A DNA stretch of 64,000 nt from Podarcis pityusensis (lineage: Eukaryota). The position numbers were made by a program, and so were the translations under genes. The notes below the pieces were generated by a model. That model saw nothing but the letters and a program-made list of their open reading frames with translations, was not told the DNA's origin and did not search any database. Each line of letters starts with the position of its first letter. Position 1 is the first letter of the stretch. The stretch is taken from NCBI GenBank assembly GCA_964106645.2, contig OZ067042.1; one strand, 5' to 3'. This document shows, piece by piece, positions 1-11,900 of this stretch.

Positions 1-710
1 AGGCTGGGCTGCCGGACTGATGCCACTTTGATTCTGAAAGTCAACTATCCTTTTCATCACTCTCAAGAACTTTTCCTTTCTTTCACCTCCTACCCAAGCC
101 TTCCCATCCCTTAGGACACGCACAACATAACTTTGAATGCGAGGAGAGCACTTTGATCTTCAAAGGCATTCAGACAAATAAACACTTATGTCCTTCCACA
201 CCTACCATACAAATTAAAAGCACATGATCCATGCTAGTTCTGCACAATAGTGACTAACTTTTCATCCTAGTTAGAATTGTTAGGGAAGAATTCTGGTTTT
301 TCCTGTCATTTGTCACCATGCAATGGTCTTAAGTGCCTGAATGAGAATGGGGTTCAAACTGGAAATTTTCTGTGACAATCTGTACTAATTATTTTTATCT
401 GCCCATAGCCAGGGCATCTTGTGAACTGTGTTGTGTATTTGTAAAAGGTTTTATTTTTATATTGGTCAGTTACAGGTGTGCACTTGTTCCTTATTATGGA
501 CTATTGTACATGGGTTAACATGACTTTGTGTATGTGTCTATACACATTTGAGAAACCCAGACTATGCAATATGTGTGCACAAGAACTGAAGGTTTATGGA
601 ATATTTCTTCATATTGTAGGCCAGTTCTATGGCAGAATGTTTACTTATAAACTGTTACTCAGCTGACTGTCTCTACCTTGCAGAGATACTAATAAGATTT
701 CTAATTCATT

Positions 711-716
711 AATAAA
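711..716 (+). terminator. Candidate poly(A) signal of an upstream + strand gene
   Basis: AATAAA after a UG/U-rich 3'-UTR-like stretch (420-700), with a GT/T-rich element at ~749-760. Confidence 0.4.
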
Positions 717-1554
717 ATCTTATTGCACTGCTCTGAAAAAGTGGAGATTGTCTTTTTTTTAATTATATCTTATTAAGTTTCAACATTTTTAGCCTATATA
801 ATCAAATCACGTCTTTTTTCTTATTTTTGTCAACTTCCCACCACATTTTCCTTCTTGTTGTTTCTCCCCTTCTGCTGCACCTTATAAAAAAATGGAGATT
901 GTCAATATTGGTCCCCACTGTCTGTGTTTGAGACCTCTGTAATAGTTTCAAAGTTATGAATAACTTATTAACCATATGAAGAATTAAAATTTGGATATAT
1001 AACTACATATATAATGTACTAGTTCACCAATCTTTTAGTGTATTTGTTCCGAAAAGTGTTCCCCCCTGTCATGAAAATGACAACCCCCAATGGGAGTTGG
1101 TTCAGGCTGAGAAGGGGGAACTTGCTGCTGAATTGCTTAGAGCCATTGATGGACTCCCCAAATATCCAGTTCCATAAACAAGATTTTTTTTTTAATTCAA
1201 GTGTGGTTATTTGGTCTAAAAGCACCTTCCTTTCCCCTTCATAGTATTTTGTTTCCCTCTTACATTAACCCTTTCTGCCTGGAGAGATATACTATACAGT
1301 ACAGTATTTCCTTTTCCACTGGTTTTATTGCACACTGAAGATGCCCTAGGCTGCAGCTTAGAAGACTTAAACAAGGAGAGGCCATAATTCGTCAGTGCTG
1401 CAGCACTAATAATAATAATAATAAATTTTTATATGGTAACTACACTCGCAAGCAATAACTATAGGGGTATCAATCACAACTTGGAATATATTTTCACCTT
1501 TGGGAAGCAAAGAGTTCCTCTCCTAGGTCAAGTGTCTAAACCTGCAGTGAGGAA

Positions 1555-1662
1555 CAAAGTCCAATATCATCTGGTGGACCATAACTCCCATCAGCCAGAG
1601 CCATAGGAAGGGAGTTGTAGCCTAGCAGCAACCTCTGGAAGGTCAGAGGTTCTCCACTCCAA
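1555..1662. mobile_element. Short hAT-like MITE relic; related relics at ~30047-30140, 36385-36510, 39670-39800, 41510-41632, 42385-42490, 50590-50685
   Basis: Recurrent motif pair AACTCCCATCAGCC...GGGAGTTGTAG...CTGGAAGG, typical of an abundant squamate non-autonomous element. Confidence 0.55.
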
Positions 1663-2435
1663 GTCTAGAGGGCTGGAGGGCTATGTTTGGCACCTGGGCT
1701 TGTGGTTCCCCACAAGAGCCAATTTTTGACAGGGTAACTATGCAATCCTACACAAAATAGGGTGGTTTGAACCTTAAATGCAGAAACTTAGTATTTTTTT
1801 TCCTATTATCAGCAGCCTGAATAACAATAGCCCAATACTGGAAACAACCTATAGAAATCCCCACTGAAACCTAGGTAAATAATATTTCGAATGTGGCTCT
1901 ATCCGAACGCCTTACTTGCCATAGAAGGGTACTTCAAAGATAGGCACTTTTGGCGAGACATGGCTTGCATTCTTTTCCTTTATAAACAACCCCATTGAAG
2001 GATACAGTGGTTACCCAGACCTCTTTGCTGGTTGCGAAGGGGCCGCCCATATCTGTTCAAGCTTCAGGGCCCCCAAAATATAGGTCCGCCGCTGCTCTAG
2101 AGGCACCTGAATTTAGAGAGAGTAAACGGACAAAGCACTTTTCAAAATATATAGTCGATTCCTGCCAGTGTGAATTCAAAGGAACTTAACCTCCCTGAAA
2201 TAAATGAGAATTCCTTATGGGGAAACGCCAATGGGGATTTTAGCGATAAATACCAGCACAGTTTTCAGATTCAAGAATAATTTGTGGGCAGCACAATTTG
2301 AAAGGGTGATTATCACATGGTAGGCTGCGATTCAAATGGCCTGCTTCGCAGCTTCCGTAACTTTCTCTTCTGGATGCCAATGCCAATGCAGCCACAGCCT
2401 TATCAACCTAGACTGATGGGCGGAATTAGCAGCTC

Positions 2436-2915
2436 CCGTATAGTTAAAGCCATGGTTTTGTATCGTTAAAGCCATGGTTTTCCCAGTAGTGATGTATGGA
2501 AGTTGGAGCTGGACCATAAAGAAGGCTGATCGCCGAAGAATAGATGCTTTTGAATTATGGTGCTGGAGGAGACTCTTGAGAGTCCCATGGACTGCAAGAA
2601 GATCAAACGTATCCATTCTTAAGGAGATCAGCCCTGAGTGCTCACTGGAAGGACATATCGTGAAGCTGAGGCTCCAATACTCTGGCCATCTCATGAGAAG
2701 AGAAGATTCCCTGGAAAAGACCCTGATGTTAGAAAAGATGGAAGGCACAAGGAGAAGGGGACGACAGAGGACGAGATGGTTGGACAGCATTCTCGAAGCT
2801 ACAAACATGAATCTGACCAAACTGCAGGAGGCAGTGGAAGACAGGAGTGCCTGGCGTGCTCTGGTCCATGGGGTCACGAAGAGTCGGACACGACTAAACG
2901 ACTAAACAACAACAA
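2436..2915 (+). mobile_element. BovB/RTE LINE, 5'-truncated 3' fragment
   Basis: ORF 2474..2905 MVFPVVMYG..SWTIKKADRRRIDAFELWCWRRLLRVPWTARRSN is the typical RTE-BovB RT C-terminus; ends in CGACTAAA repeats and a (CAA)n tail. Confidence 0.95.
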
Positions 2916-3139
2916 ACATTTCCCACTGGCGGGGGGCGGGGCTCAAGTTCTGGAACGGGCTTTAAGGCAACCTGTGGGGAGGGGGAGGGAGAAGGGGGCG
3001 TGTCGTCGGAAGCCCCGCCCCTTCCCTCTTGCCCGTCCGCTTCCGAGTGGCGGCGCCGATTGTGTACACACAGCCACGGGGACCAATGAGAGCCCGGAGA
3101 CGCCAGGCTCCGCGCGGACGCGTCGACCAATGGGCGAGC

Positions 3140-3284
3140 CGGGTCGCCAGACGCCGCCAAGCTTGTGCGGGGGAGAGAGAGCGATAGCGAAGCTGACAGA
3201 GGCGACTGTTGGGGCTGCTGAGGGAGAGGCGAGGCGGGCCGGCCGGCTGGGCTGTAGAGCGAACGGAGGCGGCGGCTGAGGCCG
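3140..3284 (+). other. TFDP2: TFDP2 exon 1 (non-coding); TSS position approximate
   Basis: Donor CCG|GTAAGA at 3284/3285 downstream of the CCAAT/GC boxes; no ATG in the exon. Confidence 0.7.
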
Positions 3285-3532
3285 GTAAGAGCCATTAGGG
3301 TCCGACGACGACGGCGGCGGGACTTACCGGGTATTTTCTTCTTTAATGGAGGTGTGGTGCTAAGGCTGCCCTGCGCCCCCCCATCCCCGCACTCCTTTCT
3401 CCTCAGAAACCGGCGTCGGTGCTTTGCAGACGGCCGTTAGGCCCCGACGCTTCTCTCGTGGTCTTGAGGCCGGGAGGGTGAGGAGAGGCGGGTCGTGCTC
3501 TTTGCCGTCGCCGCCGAGGGCGCTCTCCCTTA

Positions 3533-3670
3533 TAGAGCTCTGTTGGTGGAACATGAGGCTCCTTGAGGTTGTGGGTTCGAAACCCACGCTGGGTAGAAGG
3601 TGCCTGCATTGCAGGGGGGTTGGGCTAGATGACCCCCGTGGTCCCTTCCCAACTCTGCAATTCTGTGATT
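3533..3670 (+). mobile_element. tRNA-derived SINE with CR1-type tail (Squam3-like)
   Basis: A-box-like GAGCTCTGTTGG, B box GGTTCGAAACC, then CR1 3' end GGTTGGGCTAGATGACC...CCCTTCCCAACTCTGCAATTCTGTGATT. Confidence 0.8.
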
Positions 3671-5883
3671 AATTCTGTTGCCGGGGAGCTTTATCTCCCT
3701 CCCCCCCCCACTTCCGCGTCTCCTCCTCTTCCTCCAGCCTTGCGAATGTGCTTCCCCTGGCCGGTGGTGGGGAAGGGGGCGCGCTCTCTCCTCCGACCCC
3801 TGCAGCCCTTCCACGCACAGCCTGTCCTCGCCTTCCCTCGGATGCCCGTGTGGATCCACGAGGCCTCCAGAGCGGTGCTGCCCAACCCTGGCGGTCGCGG
3901 GAGCCTTGGGCACTACTGCTGTGACTTGGGAAGTGCGCACTCGGCGCTCTGGGCACCCCCTCCCCCCACCTACCCCACCGCCGGTGGTAAACAGATGGCC
4001 AGAGCCTGATTATTGTTTCCTGCGAGGCTTGTAATCCTGAAGGGCTGGGATCGGAGGTGCAACTGCCCTGGTGTAGGTAACTTGGTGAAATGAAGAACGT
4101 TGCATGAATCCATGAATAAAATGGCTGTGGCTATAGGCTGCTGAGGTTTCCTCCGCCAGCCCATGGGGTGCAGAGGCTTGTTGCACACACACCCCCAATT
4201 TGGGACTTGGTTTTTTATTTTTTTAATTACGCTTCACACCAGCTTCCTTTATTTTGCCTTGTGCCAACTTGTGACGGAAGTTGGTGCAATAAGGGCTACT
4301 TAACTGCTTTAACTGTTTAGAGACCCGATTCTAAATATGCCTGCTTCAGGAATGTGTTTCTGTGTTCACTGTGGCCTAACTTTGTTTAGGGTGGAAGTGT
4401 CCTTACACATGTTTTACTCAGAAGTAAATCCCACAGATTTCAATGAAGTTTAACCCCCAGGTAAGCATATGCTAGATTATTTATTTATTTATATTTTAAA
4501 AAATATTTTTTGGGGGGTTATTTGCCACCCTTCATATCAAGATCTCGGGGCCTGGCCAAAATGTTTATGCAAACCACGTACCATTCAAAAAAAATATGGT
4601 AGTGTGCAAATATTAAATAAATAAAAGTACATTAAATCTATGAAAAATACACTAATAGAGGAGTAAAATATTTGCCATTATTTCAAACTGACCTTACCAA
4701 GCCAAAACACTCTTATCTATGTTTTGAATAAAAATCCAGAAGCAGCTGAAATGAGATAGTGAAATAATGTCTGTAGCTAGACATTCTTTTGTGTCTGTGT
4801 TGAAGGGAGGATGGTAAGGGTACTGAGAAACATGATTATGTCCCAGATTTGCCATGAGTTACAACCTCAGGCAGTCAGAACTGTTTGTTACTAACCTGGG
4901 GTAGGGCATGCATGGTGTTGAAATTCCAGGACTGACATTTCTAGTGTTTGTCTTATCGACTGCCACATTTTAACTTCTCTCATACAGAAAAACACAATTA
5001 TGTCCCCACCTAAAGGTAAAGCTGGCCCATAAATGCTGTAGTAAGTATTAGCTTGTCAGCGTTTATACACCAGTTGATTAGTTGTTACTGAAAACTGTTT
5101 AATCTACAACAGACATATTTAGGGTCTATAGAAAATATTAAGCTGAAAATATGCAAACTCATACTACAGGCTAGCTACATGTTTTATTTCAGTTGGAGGG
5201 GTAAAACTGCACTTTGAAATCGACTTCAAAAGTTATTTTGTACAAAACAAGAAAAGGTCATAATAGATGGTGGGGTCACTTTGGGTGACTTCTTGAACTG
5301 TTAAATTCTGTAAGGTTGGAAGGGTGCCGTTATTGATATTGAAACAATTTATTCTCTGGTAAATTTCCAACAGTTCTTCAGCAAATATATTCTAATGACC
5401 TGTTTTGCATGTAATGCTAAGTTATGATTTGTTTAACTAACCTTGGGTTAACCACAGATTTTCCCACAGATGACCAAACAAAGTATGCCTTGCGTCATGA
5501 AAGCTTGGCTGGTTTTCATACTACTGTAAATTACTAGAGGCCTGCTGTCACCACTGATTAAGCAAGCCTCCCTTTTCACTGAAAAAATGGTATCACTTTA
5601 AGGTTTCTGACAATTGCTTGTCAGACATACTTCAACCTGCCCCGGATCTGAGCCACATATGGTATGAGGTGCAAGGCTGGTGGCTGTAGTTTGAGGGAAA
5701 TGGTCTTTCAGGCTAAATTGGGACCTGGGCCAATGTAAGCCCAAAGTCTGATGGTTCTCCATCCCTGGCCTTTGACTATCAGCCGAGTTGTTCAATGGAA
5801 GGCTGATTTTGCTCTGCAATTCAAGTCTTTTGTCTCTCTCACACACTCTAAAATTTCACTGTTCTTTTTCTCTCTCTTCTCAG

Positions 5884-5924
5884 CTGAAGAGAGATTGTTA
5901 TGATGGCCGCGTTCACTTATGAAG
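5884..5924 (+). CDS. TFDP2: Probable TFDP2 exon 2 with start codon (ATG 5900/5903, MMAAFTYE)
   Basis: Long pyrimidine tract + CAG acceptor (5883), strong donor AAG|GTAAGC, phase 1 matching the acceptor at 13671; second ATG in strong Kozak context (A-3, G+4). Confidence 0.6.
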
Positions 5925-8900
5925 GTAAGCTGTGTGTCTAAGAGATGTGCATCAACCACAAGATTTGGTTTTGGACCCTGATTTGAAAGACTGGCCACTT
6001 CAGTTCAAAACCCTTCAGGTTCTGTCTGATTTGACTTGGGGTCCAGATATGAATTGAAGTTTGGAAAAATGAAGCTTCCCACCTCCAGTTCTGTAAGTTG
6101 TCAGAATCTCTGTCTTCATGCTGGAGGACCTTTACAAGTAAAACAGGAGGGGGTAGTATTGGCAGAGGAATCCATTTATTATTTATTTAAGAAATTTTCA
6201 TACCACTTTACATGAATAAAATTCTTCCAATCCTGTTTCATTGAAAATATTACCACTAACATTTTTTTAAAAAAAATCTCACCCCAGTTTGTGTCTGTCC
6301 TTTTCCAGATGATACTAGCCTGTATCTCATATTTCAAATTAGAGAAATATATGGACCATGATTGTAGAATTATGGTCTGATCAGACAGTTTGGAAATCTT
6401 ATTTCAGATACTAGAGCTTTCAGACTGCTTTAGTGGGGAGAGGTCAAGTTTCCCTTTCCATCAGTCTTATCTTCTCAGTGTGCTTTACAGCAGAGTCTTT
6501 TTGCACATTAAAGGCTAACAAATATATTATACTGTAAGCTGCAGCTCACATAATCAGATGCATAAATGTTATCATGAGTCACAGTTACATATGCACATGG
6601 CTTGTGGGGGAACTGCTTCCCCTTGGAAATTAGTTATGCATGGACCTTACTAAGGTTTTGGCATATGTTAGAAACATAACTCTTCACCAGGTCTTCCCTG
6701 ACCACTAGTATTGGTCTGGCACATCCCATCATTTATCTACTGTGGATACTTCAGTTTTAAAAGTTTTGAGTTCTATTATTTTATTGATAAATTGCTTTGG
6801 ATAACTTTTAATATAAAATGGTAGATAAATATTTTTTATTAAAAAATCTAAACAGTGAAGTCAGAAGTAGATGGAATGTAAGAAGTATAGAGTCAGTGAT
6901 TAACAGTGGTCATTTAGAAAAGAGTTGCTCATAACATATCCTGGCATTGGAAAGCCAATTAATGCATGCAATGTGGTCAGAATTCATTGTCTCAATTTAG
7001 TCCAATTAGTGATAACAGTGAAGCTCTTGATGAGTTGTAATTCAGCAGTTTCCTGTTGTATTCTTCCTTTCAAGTAACTTTGTTCAAGGTGGCTTAAGGT
7101 ATCTTTCCTGCATTCTTTTCTTTATAAATTAAAATGTTCTGATATCTGAGTAAATGGAACACAATATTTATACTGCTGGCATAAAGTAATTATTCAAATA
7201 GTGGTATTTTTTTGTTTAATTGAGAATGAGAGAGGAGAGCACCATCTTGATATTTCTGCACCATCATGTGCAACTTAGAAACTGCTTGCCTCTTGGAAAG
7301 TGAGAATTGCTGTAGTAGTCATAACAAAGTAAGCTCTTGCTGCACATGCAGTTCTTTCTCACATGCTAGCGTCACTACTTTGAATTTTAGCCAAAGTATA
7401 TTATTTCAAGGAAAGTTATTAAAAATCTTTGTGCAGTTGGAAAGTTTATTGGGGAAATTAATATATATTATACAGGAGAACATCTTATCAGAACATCCTT
7501 TTGCTATTCTAGATATCCACTTGTAAATGGAGTGCTTCTGCATTTGACTGCTCATGTCTGGCACCATCTCAAGTTTCCTCTGAATAGTAACAAAGACTGG
7601 AGACTTGGTACTGCAGTAAAAGGCATGCTTCCTTAGTCCAGGGAATATATCGTTTTGGTTTCTGTCTTCCTGGGTAAGTATTTTTACCTAATGCATTGGA
7701 TACTTTTTACCTTCAGTAGCAGTTTTAAGAGTTGAACATATTGTGCTCAATAAATCATTCCTGAAAGTTTACACAGGAAAAGAGCAGTATGCTGGGGGAG
7801 GGGTGAAGTTACTATAGTTTGTCACTTAGAGATTCAGAATTGGAATATGTCATCTGCATCTTAATAATGTGGGCTAAATCAGTTATTGTAAATAAAAAGT
7901 GCTGGATATGGCACTATGTAAAAACATCTCAAAATAGTTATGCCTTAATTTTTTTATTTTAAATTGAATAAAACATTTGGCAATTTAAGATTTTTCATTG
8001 AGGGAAAGTGAGCATAGTAAAAACACTGCCAGCACACAGTGTGTGTTTAAAAGGAGGTTTGGAAGAAGCAATTTAGTGGATGGCGTTGAGTATCTTAATT
8101 TTAACTGGTTTGGTGGACTTGGCTAATTTGTGCTTCGAAAATATTAGCACTGACCTAGGCTGAATATTGTTGGCTCATGAACACATCAGTTGCCTTATAG
8201 TTTATTCCAAGGCAGTGTGGGTGGCACTATTAGGCTGGAATTGATATTGTGCTGTTTTACATTATTGACAAGAAATGAGCTTTAATAGGAGATGGGTTTA
8301 GTGTGCCAGTCACTGAAAATAATCCTTGATACATGTAAAATTTGAGTAAATCTTCAATGCATTCTGTTTAGAAGAGCATGCCTTTCTTATACAAAGCTTG
8401 AATATGCAAGTAGGCCTTCTTAAATTTAAGCATGATTGAATGATTAAAACATTTTGAATTAAAACAACTTTGCAGTTAATTGTAATTTTGTATCCATTTC
8501 AGTTTGATAAATTAGTTTGGATATTTGATCAGTTTAAAAAGAATTGAGTCAAACATTGAGAAGTAGTGTTTAAGTATTTAAAAAGTATTAACTTCATTAG
8601 AGCAGCAAAAGCCATATCAACAACTTTAGTATTTATGATGGTTATAAAAACAAATAAGAATGCTTGCAAAATAATTAGCTTTTTAAAAGTGTGTTTATTT
8701 AACAAAATCTATATATCACTTGCTAGAGCAAAGGACCTCTAAGCAGCTTGCATTAGGCAATCTGAAATACTCATTAAAATGCCAATTAAAAATGAACGTT
8801 AAAAGCAAGTTACATATAAAAATTAAAAAATGAAATATAGGACTGAATTCAACTTCCCTATTAATGTTAGTGGAAGCCAGTTCAGAGGCTTCAACTAGCA

Positions 8901-11900
8901 CAGTGAGACTACCTCTCCTGTATGCCTCCCCCAAACACACTCTGGAGGGCCGGAAGATCTCCCAGGATAGTGTGTGGTGGGAGGAGAGGGGAGATTGTTC
9001 CAGCAGGTAACAGAAATGCGCTATGTTGACTTCACCCCAAATTAGTCATTTAAAAACTTACTTAAATCAGATGCCTTGGCAGACTTGTTATAACAAAACA
9101 ATTTGTGGCAGGCACCAAAAGCAGTATAGAGAAGGCCTTTTTAGTGGCATCCCCCTGGGCCCCACGTTTGGGCTCACCTGGCATACACACTGCAATCTTT
9201 TTACCACCAGTTGAATACTTTAACTCCCCCTCCATTTTTATTGATTCTAACAGTAGTAATGGCTTTTAGTGTTTTCAGCGTTAACATATTCTCCCACCTG
9301 GTTATTTTACTGGTGTGTTATTATATGAATTGTGACTTTCCTTTCTTTATTAATAGTTTTTTAAACTGAAATACAGTACAAACTAAACCATAATATATCA
9401 ATATGTGGTCTGTGCAAACAAGTAAGAGGGAGGGAGGTATGGTTGGCTGTGTTCTATTTGTTTAAACATCTGTGTAAGGAGTCCAAATATCGAAAGAACT
9501 TCCCACCTTTCTTGTTATAGAAGGTCACATGTTCATATTCTGCTAATTGAGTCATGTTCACTGTCCACTATGATTAGCAGTTAAGGCAGACTTCTTCCAC
9601 TGTTAAACTGTTAGACATTTGCCCTGGTGGCTTTTCCTTTATTCCAATTGTTTATAAAGGAAAGGGGGTTTGCAGTGGTTTTTATAACTGAATTCTTTAT
9701 ATTTCAAAATATATCTATCTATTGTTTGCTATAAGTCACTTAGAGGCTTCTGTGTAGTTGGTGCATAAATCTTAATTTATTGACTTAAAATTAATATTGT
9801 TAAAATCACTAAAAAGTTTAGGATTACTGCTTTTGTTCATTAGAAATGCATTGACTTTCAGGATATATTTTTGATCCGCATTTCTAATCAAAATATCAGA
9901 TAATTTATAAATCACATAATTTATAACAGATTAATACTCCTTTTAAAGTTTTGTATCTGGACTTCAAAACCTAAAAACACACATGAATTGTGCTGCTTCT
10001 CAAATAAAATGTTGACTGTCTGATTTTAGGGACTTGAGTAAAATCAATAATGGTGCACATTCCTGTGAAAGGTAGTAACTGAGGTGGTGGTTGTCTTTAA
10101 GAAAATAATAGAGGAACAGTTAAATGAGGTAAAGTAGAGTGTATGAATAAGATAATTTATCAGAGGTTTGTGCCAGTAGTCAAGAGCCCTTAAACTTGGA
10201 TAGTTTCTTATTTTAATTTTGGTATGCTGTAACTTCTATTGCTAGAACGTAGTCTATCCTTCCAGGGCTGTTCCTAGGAGGTACGGTGCTCAGGGCATAT
10301 CACATAGCATGGTATCACCATTGCCTTCCTCTCCTTCTGCCTCTGCTACTTCATCTTTCCTTCATGGTGATGGTGGCATGCCCCAGTTTAGCTGCGTCAG
10401 CTTTTCTCCTTTTTTGCTTTTGCTGCTACTTGGGCAGCAGCAAGGTCCTCCTCCCTCCCAGCCTTACTCTAGGAAGGGAAGAAGTGGATGGAGAGCCTCA
10501 TCATTCATTCATTCATTCTATTTCATTGCCACTTTTCACTCACATCACAAAGCGGCTTACATACAATAAATAGCAACATAGTAGAACATCACAATTACAA
10601 CATAAATCATATTAAATAATTAACAAATAAAAATAAAATTAACAAATCATCAGTAAAACAGCCACCTTCTATGAAACACTATTAACAAAAGAACTTATAT
10701 TATAAAATTCATCAGGTGCATGAGAGGTGAAAGGAAAAGCTACGCAGCACAGCTGCTGCCTGTCTCCACGGGCACAAGTCCTGGGTATGGTCACCCCAAT
10801 TCTCATACAGACAGATCAGGTAGCCCTGCATTCTCTCCTCCATTCTGATGCTACAACCTTTAGGCATAGATTGTAATTGTACTATGTGTCTTTATTATTA
10901 TTTTTACACACAAACTATTTTTGATGAAGAAGTGTTTTTGTTTTCCCTGCAGGTCATTATCATTTACTAACATAATAGAATTTAAATATATATATTAAAT
11001 TATGCTGTTTGTGTTCTTGTTCTGTGAACTAGTTTCTCAGACAACTGAAAACTGAAAAAAAAAGGGCTCTCATCTTTTTAAAGATATAGTGGGTGATTCC
11101 TTTGAGTTACTCTGGTCTGTATGCATGCCTTAAACAGTTGCATTTAATCAGATTCCTCCCCTTCTGCATCCTTCATCAGACTATTCATCCCATGCTCATT
11201 TCTCTCTCTTTTTTGGTACACTTTCAGGAGTTCTGACGTAGGCTTTAAGACACAAGATTGATTTTTCTCCCTTTAGTTTTTTGACTTTTTGCTTTTATTC
11301 ATTCTTTCAGTGCTTGTTGTTTTTCATGCCTGCTTCTTGTCTATACTTCATGAGGATTTCCGGAGATAGCTCTGGGAGGTGATAGTGTTTCCATGACTTT
11401 CTGTTTCCCTATGGTCTGATGTTACAAGTTAACTGCTGCCTGGCTAGGGAGTAAAGCTTCCTTTTATAGCTCACAAGGAACATCTAGATACTAAGGAACT
11501 GTTAGATCTAAATTTTGGATGAGATTTTATATCAGAATAATGTCTGCATACAATTACTTTCCTCTTACAAATCCTATTACAGAAGGTTTGTAGTGAGGCC
11601 TGTACCAACTGATTAAATAAATCTTAGATTCAAAGGCAAAGTGGCCGGTGAGTGTGTGTCCTTCGTTAGGGTAAAATGGAAAATCTATTCATAATAATAC
11701 CTTGTGTGGTGTTGGTTTAACATTCTATAGAAAACATGGCTTTCAGCATTTATTGAAGACATTTGTGTTCACCAATAAAACTTCTCTTAAACCAGGTGCT
11801 TCTGCTTGACATACTGGGATCATGTTATATTGAATTTATGACCTTCTGGTAATTTCATGGCAAAAGACTGGTAACCTAAATAAAGAATTGACCTCATATC

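Larger units (their letters stand above)
2920..3990 (+). promoter_or_regulatory. CpG island / TATA-less promoter of TFDP2
   Basis: Abrupt GC- and CpG-rich block in an AT-rich window. GC boxes (GGGGCGGGG ~2933, GCCCCGCCCC ~3012) and CCAAT boxes (~3083, ~3127) precede a canonical donor at 3284/3285. Confidence 0.9.

Noticed and set aside
2332-2877. 181-aa - strand ORF
   Set aside because: Antisense frame of the BovB RT fragment
3533-3600. tRNA-like sequence (also the SINE heads at 32715, 59408 and ~24575-24635)
   Set aside because: No complete cloverleaf; joined to LINE-derived tails, so SINEs rather than tRNA genes
2638-4034. Cluster of long overlapping ORFs (up to 213 aa) on both strands
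   Set aside because: Expected from stop-poor GC-rich CpG-island sequence plus alternative frames of BovB; no recognisable protein motifs
9023-9214. [19 protein letters not shown]... as a possible DP-2 N-terminal exon
   Set aside because: No flanking splice signals in a suitable phase; resemblance too weak
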